A stretch of DNA of 63,998 bases, filler included, from Bonamia ostreae (lineage: Eukaryota): NCBI GenBank assembly GCA_040357525.1. It is 4 parts of 4 records of this genome, joined end to end, with 100 filler letters (N's around TTAATTAATTAA, not from the genome) between each part and the next. Parts side by side here need not be neighbours in the genome. Positions count along the whole stretch, not along the records: positions 40,036 to 58,439 come from JBDODL010000004.1; positions 58,540 to 63,998 come from JBDODL010000193.1; 2 more parts are not named here. One strand, written 5' to 3'. The translations under genes were made by a program, and so were the position numbers. Below the pieces are notes generated by a model. That model worked only from the letters and a program-made list of their open reading frames with translations. It was not told the origin of the DNA and ran no database searches. The first letter of the stretch is position 1, and each line of letters opens with the position of its first letter. Below are positions 51,390 to 62,149 of this stretch, one piece after another.

Positions 51390-51785
51390 TCATTTATTTT
51401 TAATGTGTTTCTTTATAATTTCGGAGCGCTTCTTCTGCGCTATCATAACTTTAAATCTGTCAAAATCGTTCATTTTTTCTCTTCGCTGCATTCTATCAAT
51501 TTTTTTAAAAGCTGCTGACTTTTGGAATTTCTCGACTATTTTATCGTTTTTAGAGATTTTGTCGATATCAGAAGACGAGGACGTTTGGGTGATGTCCATT
51601 TCCAAAGGCAATATTTCGAGTGATTTGAGGATGACTGAATGTCTTTTTATTTTATTTTGAATTCCTTCTACAACGGCTTTTGTCGTGTCGACGATATCGA
51701 CGATAACGACTAATTTCCCAAAATTGGTTTCGCGGTTGATGAAACAAACTCTTCCGATTTTAAAGGTGTAATCTAAGCGGCCCAT
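51390..51785 (-). CDS. RPL14: 60S ribosomal protein L14 (eL14)
   Basis: IGRVCFI..GKLVVIVDIVD...RREKMNDFDRFKVM. Confidence 0.92.
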   Translation of the reverse strand: MGRLDYTFKIGRVCFINRETNFGKLVVIVDIVDTTKAVVEGIQNKIKRHSVILKSLEILPLEMDITQTSSSSDIDKISKNDKIVEKFQKSAAFKKIDRMQRREKMNDFDRFKVMIAQKKRSEIIKKHIKNK

Positions 51786-53012
51786 GGAAAAGTTATAAAG
51801 CTAAATATTTTATTGTAAAGCTAAATTTGGATAATCTTAGTTTAAATATTTTTGATGTAATATTTGGCTTTAAGTGTTTTCATTATAATAAATAATATTT
51901 TAGCTTTTTCTTTAAAAATGGAGTTTGCCAAACTTAATGTAATTGAGTCTATAAAAAGGAGTCGATAACATTAAAAATGTTTTCGACTTTAAAAGAATGT
52001 TCAGATGAACATTACTGACGAAAAAATTAACATTGATTACAAAAATTGATCAGTTAAATTTCTACGGCTGATTAAACAAACTAGAAAAAACTAAAAATGT
52101 AATAATTGAAAAAATTAAAAACATTTAAATATCAAATAATTTTAACAAAAAATTGTTTTGCAAAAAATGGGTTTCTTTTTTACTCAAAAACACTTTAAAT
52201 TTGCAACACATTCCCCCGTTTTACAAAAATGAAGAAAATCATTAGATAAAAATACTGTTACAAATCAAAGAGATTTAGCTCGCATCACGATAAATGGATC
52301 AAAGGAGAAGAAAATATTAGAAAAAATTTCTTATCGAGTAAATAACAGAACAAATTCAATAACAGCAAATTCAATTAAATAATTAACGAAAAAGAATTGA
52401 CGAAAAGAATTAACGAATTAACGAAAAAGTTTGAACGGAAAAAGAAGTTAAATTTAAAAATTTGCAAAAAATTATGAAGCGCATTGTAATTCTTCGAAAT
52501 TTTTGTTTAAAGTTTGTTACTAATTTTGGCAACGCAATCAATTTTGGCAATAATCAATTTATCGCGACAAAAAAGTACAAAAAGTAGCTTTCAATTTGAA
52601 AAATTAATGTGATGCCGCAATTATATGTCGAAGGCATTTTAATTTAGCAAAGTTTTGAAACAGCGAATTGCAAATTAACTGCAACACACTTTGCACTTTT
52701 GTAGTTTCAAATTAACCGAAAATGGTCATTATTGGGATTTAAAATGACGTTCAGATCTCTGCATCGAATCATTATTGTCATAAGACCGTCGAGAAGTTAA
52801 TCATCATTACGTCATTGTTAAAACTGTCCATTAAATTGTCGTTTTTAAAGTTTAAAGCATCTCAGATTTTAAAGCGATAATCACTTTTCATATCCGAAAG
52901 ATGGTAAATGAAAATCATCAACGATGCGCATTTTAAACTTAAACCTTTTAAAAATAGCTTTACTTACTATATAATGAAAGCCTATGTTACTAAATAGCAA
53001 TTTTAAAATTTA

Positions 53013-54408
53013 CTAATTCGGAAAAAATAGATAATTTTCTACAAATGATTTGGAAATCGTCTTTTCAGTGTTTTTGTACCAATTCAACAATTCGCTATCT
53101 TCCAAAACGCGCTTAAAATCGTCCAAATCTGTGAACATTCTTATTGCACCAAATAAGCTCAAATCAACTAAATTAGGTTGGAAATCCATTTTGTTTCGGA
53201 CTTTATCGATTTTGTTTATTTTTTCATTATATTTATTCAGTTCCTTTATCAAATCTTCGTATGGATTCTTTAAAATAATAATTTTGTCAAATTTTAATCG
53301 AAGTGCATTTTTATTGTTTTAAGATTTTTGCCAATGAAAATCAAATCTCGCCATTTTACATTTCGGTTTAATGGTCGATGCTTCGTTTNNNNNNNNNNNN
53401 NNNNNNNNNNNNNNNNNNNNNNNNNNNNNNNNNNNNNNNNNNNNNNNNNNNNNNNNNNNNNNNNNNNNNNNNNNNNNNNNNNNNNNNNGAAAATCAAATC
53501 TCGCCATTTTACATTTCGGTTTAATGGTCGATGCTTCGTTTTCGAAGATTTGTCATTTTTTATTTTAACATGAAAATCAAATCTCGCCATTTTACATTTC
53601 GGTTTAATGGTCGATGCTTCGTTTTCTATGATTTGTCATTTTTTATTTTAATCGATTTAAAGCAATTTTTAGTCGCCGTCAGTTTTAAAAAAATTAACAG
53701 TGATATTATGATTTTTTTTTATTTTTTGGTAGAGCTCTTTCATTTTATTTACGTGATCAATATTTTTAATGCGAATCAAAAATCGTTTCAAAAAATTATT
53801 CGACGTCATTTCGTTCAAATAAGAAAAAGCTTCATTCGTGCTTTGTCTCGAGCGACACAAATAACAAAGCAAGTAAGGCATTATTTTTTCGTCAATCCAA
53901 TTTTGCGTTTCTCTGACACCTTCAGAAGTCCAGTTTTCTTAAATCGGTAAAAGAACAAACCGTAAATATCTCTGTTGATCAGTTTGTAGTTCAAAGCTTC
54001 GTCCAACAAAAAATCTATTATCACATTTGATTCTCCGATTGCGATTTTGTGTCTATCGGATTTTATTCTAAGCACTGGAACTGTCGCAAAACTACTCCAA
54101 TCTAGCATTTTTTTGCTTCTTGGATCAACTTCCAACAAAGTGTACCATAGTCCAAGCCTATCTAACAACGCTCTTATTTTGCCGGAATAAGGGCATCTTT
54201 TGAATTGGTACAAAAATAAAGCCCCGAAATAATTATTGGTGTTACAATTTTTTTCTAAAAGGAGTCCTGAAATGTCGTGTTGTCTATGGAAGGAATCTGG
54301 ACTTAAAGTGGGCGGTACAAAAGTTTTTTCGAGGGGCTTTTTGGCCCCCGATTTTGCATTTGTTTTTAATGAGATTTTAAATTTTTCTAGTTTCGTTAAA
54401 AGCTTCAT
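53013..54408 (-). CDS. PTGES2: Prostaglandin E synthase 2-like (glutaredoxin + GST-C); 3' end approximate
   Basis: LYQFKRCPYSGKIRALLD..LEVDP..VPVL and QPNLVDLSLFGAIR..LLNWY. Confidence 0.8.
53327..53650. repeat. Intronic tandem repeat (~70-bp unit) spanning an assembly gap
   Basis: At least three copies of GAAAATCAAATCTCGCCATTTTACATTTCGGTTTAATGGTCGATGCTTCGTTT. Confidence 0.9.
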
Positions 54409-54591
54409 TAATTTTAATAACCTTTTGAGTTGGTATTATATGTGTTAAGATTATTTTGTTAAATTTAGATTTTTATTTAGCTCCATGTTTCAAATTCAGA
54501 TTCTAAGAATTCGCGGTTCTTAATGGCGTTAAACAGCCACGGGAAATATTAAAAAGAATCGATATAAAAATTATAAATTTTATTACCTAAA

Positions 54592-55870
54592 ATGAGCTCA
54601 AAGGACAAAAGTTTTACAAATAATTTTTAAGGGCTCGCGAACAAAGAAGTTGATAAAGAAATTGACGAAATGAGACAAAAAATATTTGATCTGTTTTCAT
54701 CAAATTTTATTTAACAGGCTAAATACTGAAACCAAAATTCCGAAGAAAAAACTCAGAAAATTTTATAAGAAAAAGTTTGGAACCAAGTTACTCTGTAAAA
54801 AGTTCGGTTTCAAATCCTCTGAAGATTTTATGGCCAAATTTGATAAAGTCCAAGTTGTTCATATTGACGGCGATAATTTTTATATGCTGAAGACAAATCA
54901 GGATGAACAATCTATAGATGAAAAAGCAAACGAAAATCTTGTCGATTTGCCAAAAGATGTTGCCACAAATGAAGACAACAGCCCAAAAAGCGGCAATGAC
55001 GATTTTTTGAAAGAAGACAACAACCCAAAAAGCGACAATGACGATTTTTTGAACGAAGACCAAAAGTTTTAAAATCAATTCAAAAGCTTTTTAAGCGACG
55101 TGCCCAATTCCACAGACAACGACAATTTTGACGATACATGTTACTATTGCAACAAAAGTACACATCTCCCGAAAGACTGTCCCCGGAAAAAAGAAGTGGA
55201 AGAAAACAAGAGAAGAGAAGACGAATATAATGAATTCCCGGTCGAAGATAATTTTGACAGTACAAACAACAAAAACAAAGAATTTAAAGATAACGACCGA
55301 AGTTCGAAGGAATGTTGGGCTTTCAAAAAAGGCAATTGTCGTTTCGGCCGTAATTGCAATTATAGCCACGAAGGCACAGAAGGCAACAACAATGATTATT
55401 CGCAAAGAAGAAATAGAAATTATAACAAAAATTATAACAACAACGAAAGAAGATTTGACGATAACAATTATAACAACGAAAGAAGAAATGGCGATAAAAA
55501 TTATAACAACGAAAGAAGATTTGACGATAACAATTATAACAACGAAAGAAGATTTGACGATAAAAATTATAACAACGAAAGAAGATTTGACGATAAAAAT
55601 TATAACAACGAAAGAAGATTTGACGATAACAATTATAATAACGAAAGAAGAAATGGCGAATTTGGATATAACAAAAAAGATTTTGGCAGTTACAAAAATG
55701 GGCACAAAAGCAGAAAATCTGAATATGTCGAAAATGAGTCGGACCCGAACTTGAAATTTGAAATTAAAATTTTGGAAATGAGACTAGAAATTAAAGAACT
55801 TAAGAAGGAACTCCGCAAAAGAGAAAAAGAGATAATGAGGCTCAATTACGAGCTAAGACAAGGCCGTTAA
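54592..55870 (+). CDS. LOTUS/OST-HTH + CCHC + CCCH zinc-finger protein with N/R/D/Y repeats and a coiled coil
   Basis: LRKFYKKKFGTKL..KFGFKSSEDFM, CYYCNKSTHLPKDC, CWAFKKGNCRFGRNCNYSH; three short introns. Confidence 0.75.
55439..55669 (+). repeat. Coding tandem repeat, 7 x 33 bp (NNERRFDDxNY)
   Basis: Directly visible in DNA and translation. Confidence 0.9.
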
Positions 55871-56352
55871 AGCTTGTATTTCTTATTTTATTGTTGCTCG
55901 AATGAAAATTTTGTCGGAATGCTTTTGGCAATTTTTGACTAAAATTGTTTAGAAACAATAGTTTGCGTGGCCGGATCGAAGGTCGAGTGTTAACCTTGTC
56001 ACTCGCGATTTTCACTGAACTTTTTAGTTGTCGTATAAACATACTACAATTTCGAATGTCTAATTAGTCGTTGTGAAGGTAATTGGCTTCCATTATGAAG
56101 CGACAAAATTGTTTTATTTGAGACAATGTGTCTTTAATATTTTCATTATTGTCCGATGTTTTGCATTTTCAAAAATTTTTTAATTTAATCTCTTTAAAAA
56201 CGTCTTCTTCTTTTTTGTTTTTCACCGAGATTTTAAAAGGGGGGTATAAAACTATTAAAAATACTTTTTTTCTTCTTTTTTTTTAATTTTTCGCTGATAG
56301 CAATCGACATTGATTTGTAAAGACAATAAAATGAAAAATTGAAAATAGACAT

Positions 56353-57447
56353 TCATTTGTCAAACCATCCATTTTCCTCCATTAAAACCAATTCTTTATA
56401 AACCCCATTTTCGTCATTTGTCCATTTTGAAATTTTAGAGCACTTTTTTTAATCAAAAAACTAGTTTTTTTGTTTTTTCTGAACCGTTCTTCATGCAAAT
56501 GCCATATCCAACAAAATTTAAAAATTCTGCGTCGTTGTTGCCGTCACCAATTCCGACTGTTTTATCAACGTCTTTGTTTTAATTTAAAGTTTACCGATTT
56601 TTAGATGTTTAAGCAAACTGCAAAGCCCTGTTGCTTTATTGGTATTAGCACATAAAAATTCAATAAAAAAATTTCCCAAAATAATGTGCACTTCTGTACC
56701 AAATGTATTTTTCGCTTTTTCGTAAATTGAATCCACTTTATTCGTTGGAACCATTATTGCCAATTTTGGTGCTTTTTTGCATCTTTTTTGTTTTTATAAT
56801 ATTCAGACTTTTCTGAAATAAGAAAATGATATCAAATAAAAAATTCACTTAAATTCGTTGTAGTTTTCAATGTATTGATAGTTTGCAGAACAAAGTTTTA
56901 TATATTTCACAATAAGCTCTTTTTGCTTGTTATCTTTGCAAATACTGTAAACTACCGAATCTGTATAAAAATTGACAGAATATCCCAATTTTTCGGCAAA
57001 ATTGAAAATTTTATTTGTCATTTCGCCTTCTAAAAACTGTTTGTATATTATTGTTCGCTCTCTTTCTTTATCTCTTCATTAAAAATTAAAATATTGTAAA
57101 ATTGTTACTGTGTGCAAAATTTGTAAAAACAGTTTTGAATACGCTAAAGCGCCATTAAACGTAACCAAAGAACAATTTACGCCAATTTTCTCAATAATCG
57201 GGAAGACGCAACTCGGCATTCGCCCAGTACAAATTATTATTTCAACGCCCATTTTGTCCAGTTTTCTTAAAATCTGTTTACTGTCTTCTGATATTTTTTT
57301 CTCGGTTTCGCCGTTTATTGGACTTTTCAGCAGTGTTCTTTGTGTTTTATAAAAAATGTAACAAAATTTCGTTTTGTTAATTTTTACAAATTTTATTTAA
57401 AACCCGTCCAAATCAATAGCAATTGAATGAATTGAGCGAGTAGACAT
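56353..57447 (-). CDS. Cof-type HAD-IIB hydrolase, multi-exon
   Basis: IAIDLDG-TLL, ICTGR, TFNGA, GIGDGNNDAEFL..GICMKNG, WTNDENGV. Includes a 19-nt intron (56443-56461). Largely missed by the ORF track. Confidence 0.88.
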
Positions 57448-57719
57448 TTTTATCCGTTTTATTTAAAGATTCGATAAAAATTACCAGAATTTCAAAATTT
57501 ATCGATTTTTGCTAAATTTAGACTGTTTTTTGCTAAATTTAGACTGTTTTTTGCTCATTTTATTTATAAATTAAAGAAATGTAAAAGCAATTTTATTATA
57601 AAAATGATTTAGCGTTGAAAACATTTTAAATTGAAAAACGACCGTGTTTTTAATGTTCAAAAACTATATTTTTATCAAAATGTTTTGTTAGAAAAAATAA
57701 AAGCAATTCACTTATCACA

Positions 57720-58076
57720 TTAATACTGTTCCTCCATTACACGCATTACAAGTCTTAAAAGAATTGTGAAATTTTCCAAAACGCCATTTTCCCCGTAATT
57801 TGGAAACAATTTTATCATTGCTTTATGGAACGAAGTTATAAAATCTTCGAAGATGTCTATTTTCAGACCTGGCATCCATTCTTCATGACGACTTCCTGTT
57901 TGGATCAATTTTTGTTTCAAAACTTCCCAATTTTTCAAATTAGAAATTGTGAATTGGATCGAGCTAACCAACAGATCGTGTTGTTTTAAAGGGTCTTCAC
58001 CGTTTATACAAGATTGGAACGAGTTGTAGTATTTTTTGTTTTTTTCTATTAATCTGTTAAATATGGCCATTCCGAG
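57720..58076 (-). CDS. Globin-domain protein, 3' exon (5' part lost at contig end)
   Basis: LGMAIFNRLIE..YYNSF (B/C/CD1), KQH (E helix), GSRH (proximal His F8), plus G/H helix pattern. Confidence 0.7.
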   Translation of the reverse strand, partial: LGMAIFNRLIEKNKKYYNSFQSCINGEDPLKQHDLLVSSIQFTISNLKNWEVLKQKLIQTGSRHEEWMPGLKIDIFEDFITSFHKAMIKLFPNYGENGVLENFTILLRLVMRVMEEQY

Positions 58077-58094
58077 CTATATTTATAAATTTTA

Positions 58095-58439
58095 TAATTT
58101 TCATTTTTACAGCGATTTTCAGAAAAGCAAAAGTTAACAAAATTTTTGTTTTATTTTCAATTTTCGTTTTTACAGCGATTTTCAGAAAAGCAAAAGTTAA
58201 CAAAATTTTTGTTTTATTTTCNNNNNNNNNNNNNNNNNNNNNNNNNNNNNNNNNNNNNNNNNNNNNNNNNNNNNNNNNNNNNNNNNNNNNNNNNNNNNNN
58301 NNNNNNNNNNNNNNNNNNNNNAATTTTCGTTTTTACAGCGATTTTCAGAAATGCAAAAGTTAACAAAATTTTTATTTTATTTTCAATTTTCATTTTTACA
58401 GCGATTTTCAGAAAAGCAAAAGTTAACAAAATTTTTGTT
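58095..58439. repeat. Tandem repeat (~63-bp unit) in the globin intron
   Basis: At least four copies of AATTTTCRTTTTTACAGCGATTTTCAGAAAAGCAAAAGTTAACAAAATTTTT. Confidence 0.9.
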
Positions 58440-58539
58440 NNNNNNNNNNNNNNNNNNNNNNNNNNNNNNNNNNNNNNNNNNNNTTAATTAATTAANNNNN
58501 NNNNNNNNNNNNNNNNNNNNNNNNNNNNNNNNNNNNNNN
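58440..58539. other. Artificial contig linker
   Basis: TTAATTAATTAA at 58484-58495 within Ns. Confidence 0.95.
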
Positions 58540-58830
58540 TTTGAATAAAAAGAATTTTAAAAATAAAATTTTCGAATTAATAAAAAATTTAAAAACAAAA
58601 ATTCTCGAGTAAATAAAAAATTTGATAAAAAAGAATTTCAAAAACAATAAATATCGAATAAAAAGAATTTTAGAAACAAAATTTTCGAGTAAATAAAAAA
58701 TTTGAAAAACAATAAATATCGAATAAAAAGAATTTTTAAACAAAATTTTCGAATAAATAAAAAATTTGAAAAACTAAAAATAACTTGAAAAACAAAATTT
58801 TAAAGAATCTAAAAATTTGAAAAAATGTAC

Positions 58831-59259
58831 TGATGGAATACAATATTCTATTGTACTGTAATTTTGCTGTAATTCTGGCGGCATATTTTGTTGAGAAATC
58901 GCGTTATAACTTATCGGAAAATGATTTCGCATAAAGCAAAACGGGCACACCCAAATTTTGTTTGTAAAGTCGACTTGACTATTTAGTCTTTTAATCCAAA
59001 CCAATACGAATTCAGAATTCCAGAGCAATGTCCCCCTTTGCAAAAAACGGGATGTCCATTTACTTTGCCCAGTCCTGTGACGTTTTTCAGGGGCGTGTAC
59101 TAAATGATTTTAGAAAATCGAATAAACAAGGCATCCGATGGGAATCACCAGCTTTGCCGCATCGGCTTTTGTTTCTAATATAACATAAAAATTTAAACTT
59201 GGCCAGATGTTCCAGGACATTCTAATACCGTCTTTAGCTTCTACTTTTTCAAACTCCAT
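58831..59259 (-). CDS. SEC23: COPII coat protein Sec23, 5' part (truncated by contig end)
   Basis: DGIRMSWNIWP, PIGCLYTPLK, zinc finger C..C.GILNSYCQVD..WVCPFC..RNHFP, TIEY. Introns of 24, 28 and 23 nt. Confidence 0.93.
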
Positions 59260-59469
59260 GACTAAACTTTATCACCCTTTTAAACTTTATCTGGAATCTG
59301 TTTAATAAAAATTGATTTTGTTATTTTTAGAAATTTAGTTTTATTGAACAACGCGTTTTACTGTATTTACAAATGAGACTCTGTTAATAAGGCAAAGCGA
59401 CAAGTTTAAATTTCATGTTTTTCCTTAATCTCTTCACGCTTAAAGTTTAAACGATTTTTATAAACAAAA

Positions 59470-59835
59470 ATGTTTGGAAACAAATGGCTCAAATTGGCAG
59501 GATTCAACGGTGCGAGTTCCCTTGTGCTCGCAAGTTTGGGCGCTCACTCTTTAAACCAGAAAACGAAAAATCCCGATTTTAAGAGACTTTGGAAAAAGGC
59601 GCAATATTATCATTCTTCGCACGCGATCGCGATGCTCGCCGTGACAGCGATGCAGAGACTTATCAAGCCAAGCGCTCTGTTTTTCGCCAATTCGTTCTTT
59701 CTCCTCGGAACGGTCATTTTCGCTGGCGGACTTTATTATAAGGCTTATACAGGAAATGAAGCTTTATGGCTCAAAGCGATGCCGTACGGGCAGGTGCTGT
59801 TGTTGCTCGGATGGCTTTCCCTCGTTTTTGCGTAG
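59470..59835 (+). CDS. TMEM256: TMEM256/DUF423 membrane protein
   Basis: LASLGAH, AQYYHSSHA, GTVIFAGGLY, PYGQVLLLLGW. Confidence 0.88.
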   Translation: MFGNKWLKLAGFNGASSLVLASLGAHSLNQKTKNPDFKRLWKKAQYYHSSHAIAMLAVTAMQRLIKPSALFFANSFFLLGTVIFAGGLYYKAYTGNEALWLKAMPYGQVLLLLGWLSLVFA

Positions 59836-59844
59836 AAATTAAAT

Positions 59845-61253
59845 TTAATGTTCTGCACTACTAAAAGAATCTAAAAGAGGCGATTCCGTCAAAGTCGACA
59901 AACTCGATTCTCTAATTTGCTCCAAATCGTCTTTTTCTGTTTCCTTTTCGACCGCTTCCAATTTTTCGTCTTTTTCTGCTTTGACAACGTCTTTTTCCGT
60001 CTTTTCGCATTTAATGTCGTTTTCGCTAAATTGCGTCTCTTTTGCTGTGTTGTTTTGAGTTTTGAACTTTTGCAGTTTTTTAATTTCCTTTAAAATGCGC
60101 ATGCAGTGCACTTTTTTCTCGAGTTTTAAATCGTTTAATAATAAATCCAAATCCATTGATAACAACATTTCGCCGTTAACTTTTAAGGAAATTTTAAATT
60201 CACAGATTTGTAAATTTTTAAGTTGCAAAAGTATAGTGTCGAAGGTTCAACAACTTAATAATGGTTGCCAAATATAAATTGTAAATATTAAGTAATTTTG
60301 AAAGCGAAAATTTTACAAAAATTTGCAAAATTGCAAAAATATTGATCTGTAATTAAAAACTTCCGTTTTCGAAAAATAGTGCACAATATTTTTCTCCAAA
60401 AACAAAATTCCTTTTTAACCACAAACAAACATTTTGTTCATTCCATTTCATAATATCCGATTCTAAATCACTGCTTCCAGTTTCAATTTTTCCATAATTG
60501 AAACAATGAGAAGATTTTAAATTCGGTTTTGAAGAATTTAAATTTGGTTTGAAAGAATTAAAATGTCCTTTTGAAGGTTCAAAATTCTCTTGTAAAAATT
60601 TTGCGTTTTCATTTTTCCGATACCGTTTCCTTTTTCTCTTTTCCCTCAGATTAATTATTAATGCACATTTTCCTGGACTGTTTCTGTCGAAATTTTTGTT
60701 GAGAAAAATTTTGTTGTTTAAAATCGTGAATCCGTGGCTAAATTTTAGATTTTTAAACTTTTTTGCAGATTTGAATTAAAAAATTAATTTCGAATTAATG
60801 TTTCATGTTTTATAATTGGCAACAGTGAGCATTTTAAAGAATGGTGAAACGATTTAAAGAAATAAAAGCGGTAAAAATTAAATTACAATTTTTAATGTAA
60901 CAATAAAATAAACGCGTGGCATTGTCGAGTAAAAGAACTGTACACTTGGATTTTAAAAAACTTTGGCACCAATTTATTCATAAACTTTGGAATGTTTCTG
61001 ATTACAAATCCTGGTTCTTCAGTCCAGCCAAGAACTCCATCTGACTCTCTAAGATGTATCAAATCCCATAACTTTTATTGAATATGTACATTTTGTTAAA
61101 TATTAAATGTTTTACAACTTTTTTTATAAAATCACTTCTTGCATTTTCAAGTCTGACGTATCCGTTCTGCATTTTTTCGAAGGAAGGACAGTTATAAATG
61201 TTGTTACGTTTTGTGTATATTGGAAAATTTTCCTTTTCACCATTAAAAGACAT
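59845..61253 (-). CDS. HSF-type DNA-binding domain + SAM domain protein
   Basis: Spliced FIKKLWDLI..GVLGW..GFVIRN..FMNKLVPKFFK..YSSFTRQCHAHGF..FLNKNF, then WNEQNVCLWL..YCALFFENGINGEMLL..DLKL..HCMRILKEI. Confidence 0.78.
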
Positions 61254-61346
61254 TTGTTTTAAATTCGGAATTTTTTAAACAATAATTTATTGAATATCTA
61301 CAACAGAAAACAATTTGAAATATTTATATCAAAAGTAAAATATTCA

Positions 61347-62051
61347 TCAAATAGATTTATTAGTCAAAAATTCACACATTTCTTTAAGTGAAATGCAGTT
61401 TGGATAATCTTCTTTTATATGTGTCAGCCATTTTTTCTCGGAATGTTCAAACAAAGATTTATTGTCTGTTGAATAAAACTCTTTATCAATTTCAAAATTT
61501 CTAGATTTTCTAAAAGTTTTGGTACATATTCCATCGATACAAAATCTACTTCTGCTATCGTTCGTTTTCTTTAAATGTACACTTTTGTAATTCACCGATT
61601 TTTGATAATTTGTTAGAAAGTCGTTTATAAATTCGACATAAGAGATTTTTTTATTTTTGCCCATTTTGTTGTTTTCAATGATTTTAGAGGGCATGGAAAA
61701 ACTTGAAGATAATTCATCAGATATATAAAGTCTTCCGGTCCAAGCGCTTCTTAATTTATTAAAATTTCGTAATCCATTTTGACCATCGTCAATTTTTGCC
61801 GTTTTCCCAAAATTTTTAATTTTTCTTATTAATTCTTTGTTAATAAAAATTGCATTTGAATTGTCCGTTAAAAAAAGTTTTTTCGACACGGCAAGTTTTT
61901 TACTTTTTTTTAACGTCTGAAAATTTTTTGTTTTATAAATTTTGTTTTCGAATTCGCTCTTTACCTCTGATTTCTGCTTTTCCATAAAATCAATATTATT
62001 TTTTGACAAATATCGATTAATTAATTTATCGTTTCCAGACTTATACGACAT
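61347..62051 (-). CDS. Hypothetical protein
   Basis: 234-aa ATG-initiated ORF; no family recognised. Confidence 0.5.
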   Translation of the reverse strand: MSYKSGNDKLINRYLSKNNIDFMEKQKSEVKSEFENKIYKTKNFQTLKKSKKLAVSKKLFLTDNSNAIFINKELIRKIKNFGKTAKIDDGQNGLRNFNKLRSAWTGRLYISDELSSSFSMPSKIIENNKMGKNKKISYVEFINDFLTNYQKSVNYKSVHLKKTNDSRSRFCIDGICTKTFRKSRNFEIDKEFYSTDNKSLFEHSEKKWLTHIKEDYPNCISLKEMCEFLTNKSI

Positions 62052-62149
62052 TTTTAGTTATATTCTCAAATCAAATTATATTTAAACTAAACCCTTTTTT
62101 AAGCTCTATAATTGTCAAACCCAATTTTTTTTTATTTTTCTTCGTTTTG

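Noticed and set aside
51918-52970. Possible multi-exon plus-strand gene
   Set aside because: I could not build a consistent stop-free model or recognise any motif.
55439-55669. CRISPR-like array
   Set aside because: Contiguous 33-bp coding repeats with no unique spacers and no cas genes. The overlapping ORFs 55091-55705 and 55128-55754 are repeat shadows.
55960-56030. U1-like hairpins (GGATCGAA loop, CGAGTG/CACTCG stem)
   Set aside because: There is no 5' splice-site-pairing sequence or convincing four-way junction.
21257-58539. Repeated TTAATTAATTAA within N runs, and apparent gene neighbourhoods across them (e.g. SAR1 and SEC23 in one window)
   Set aside because: These are artificial contig linkers; adjacency across them is not biological.
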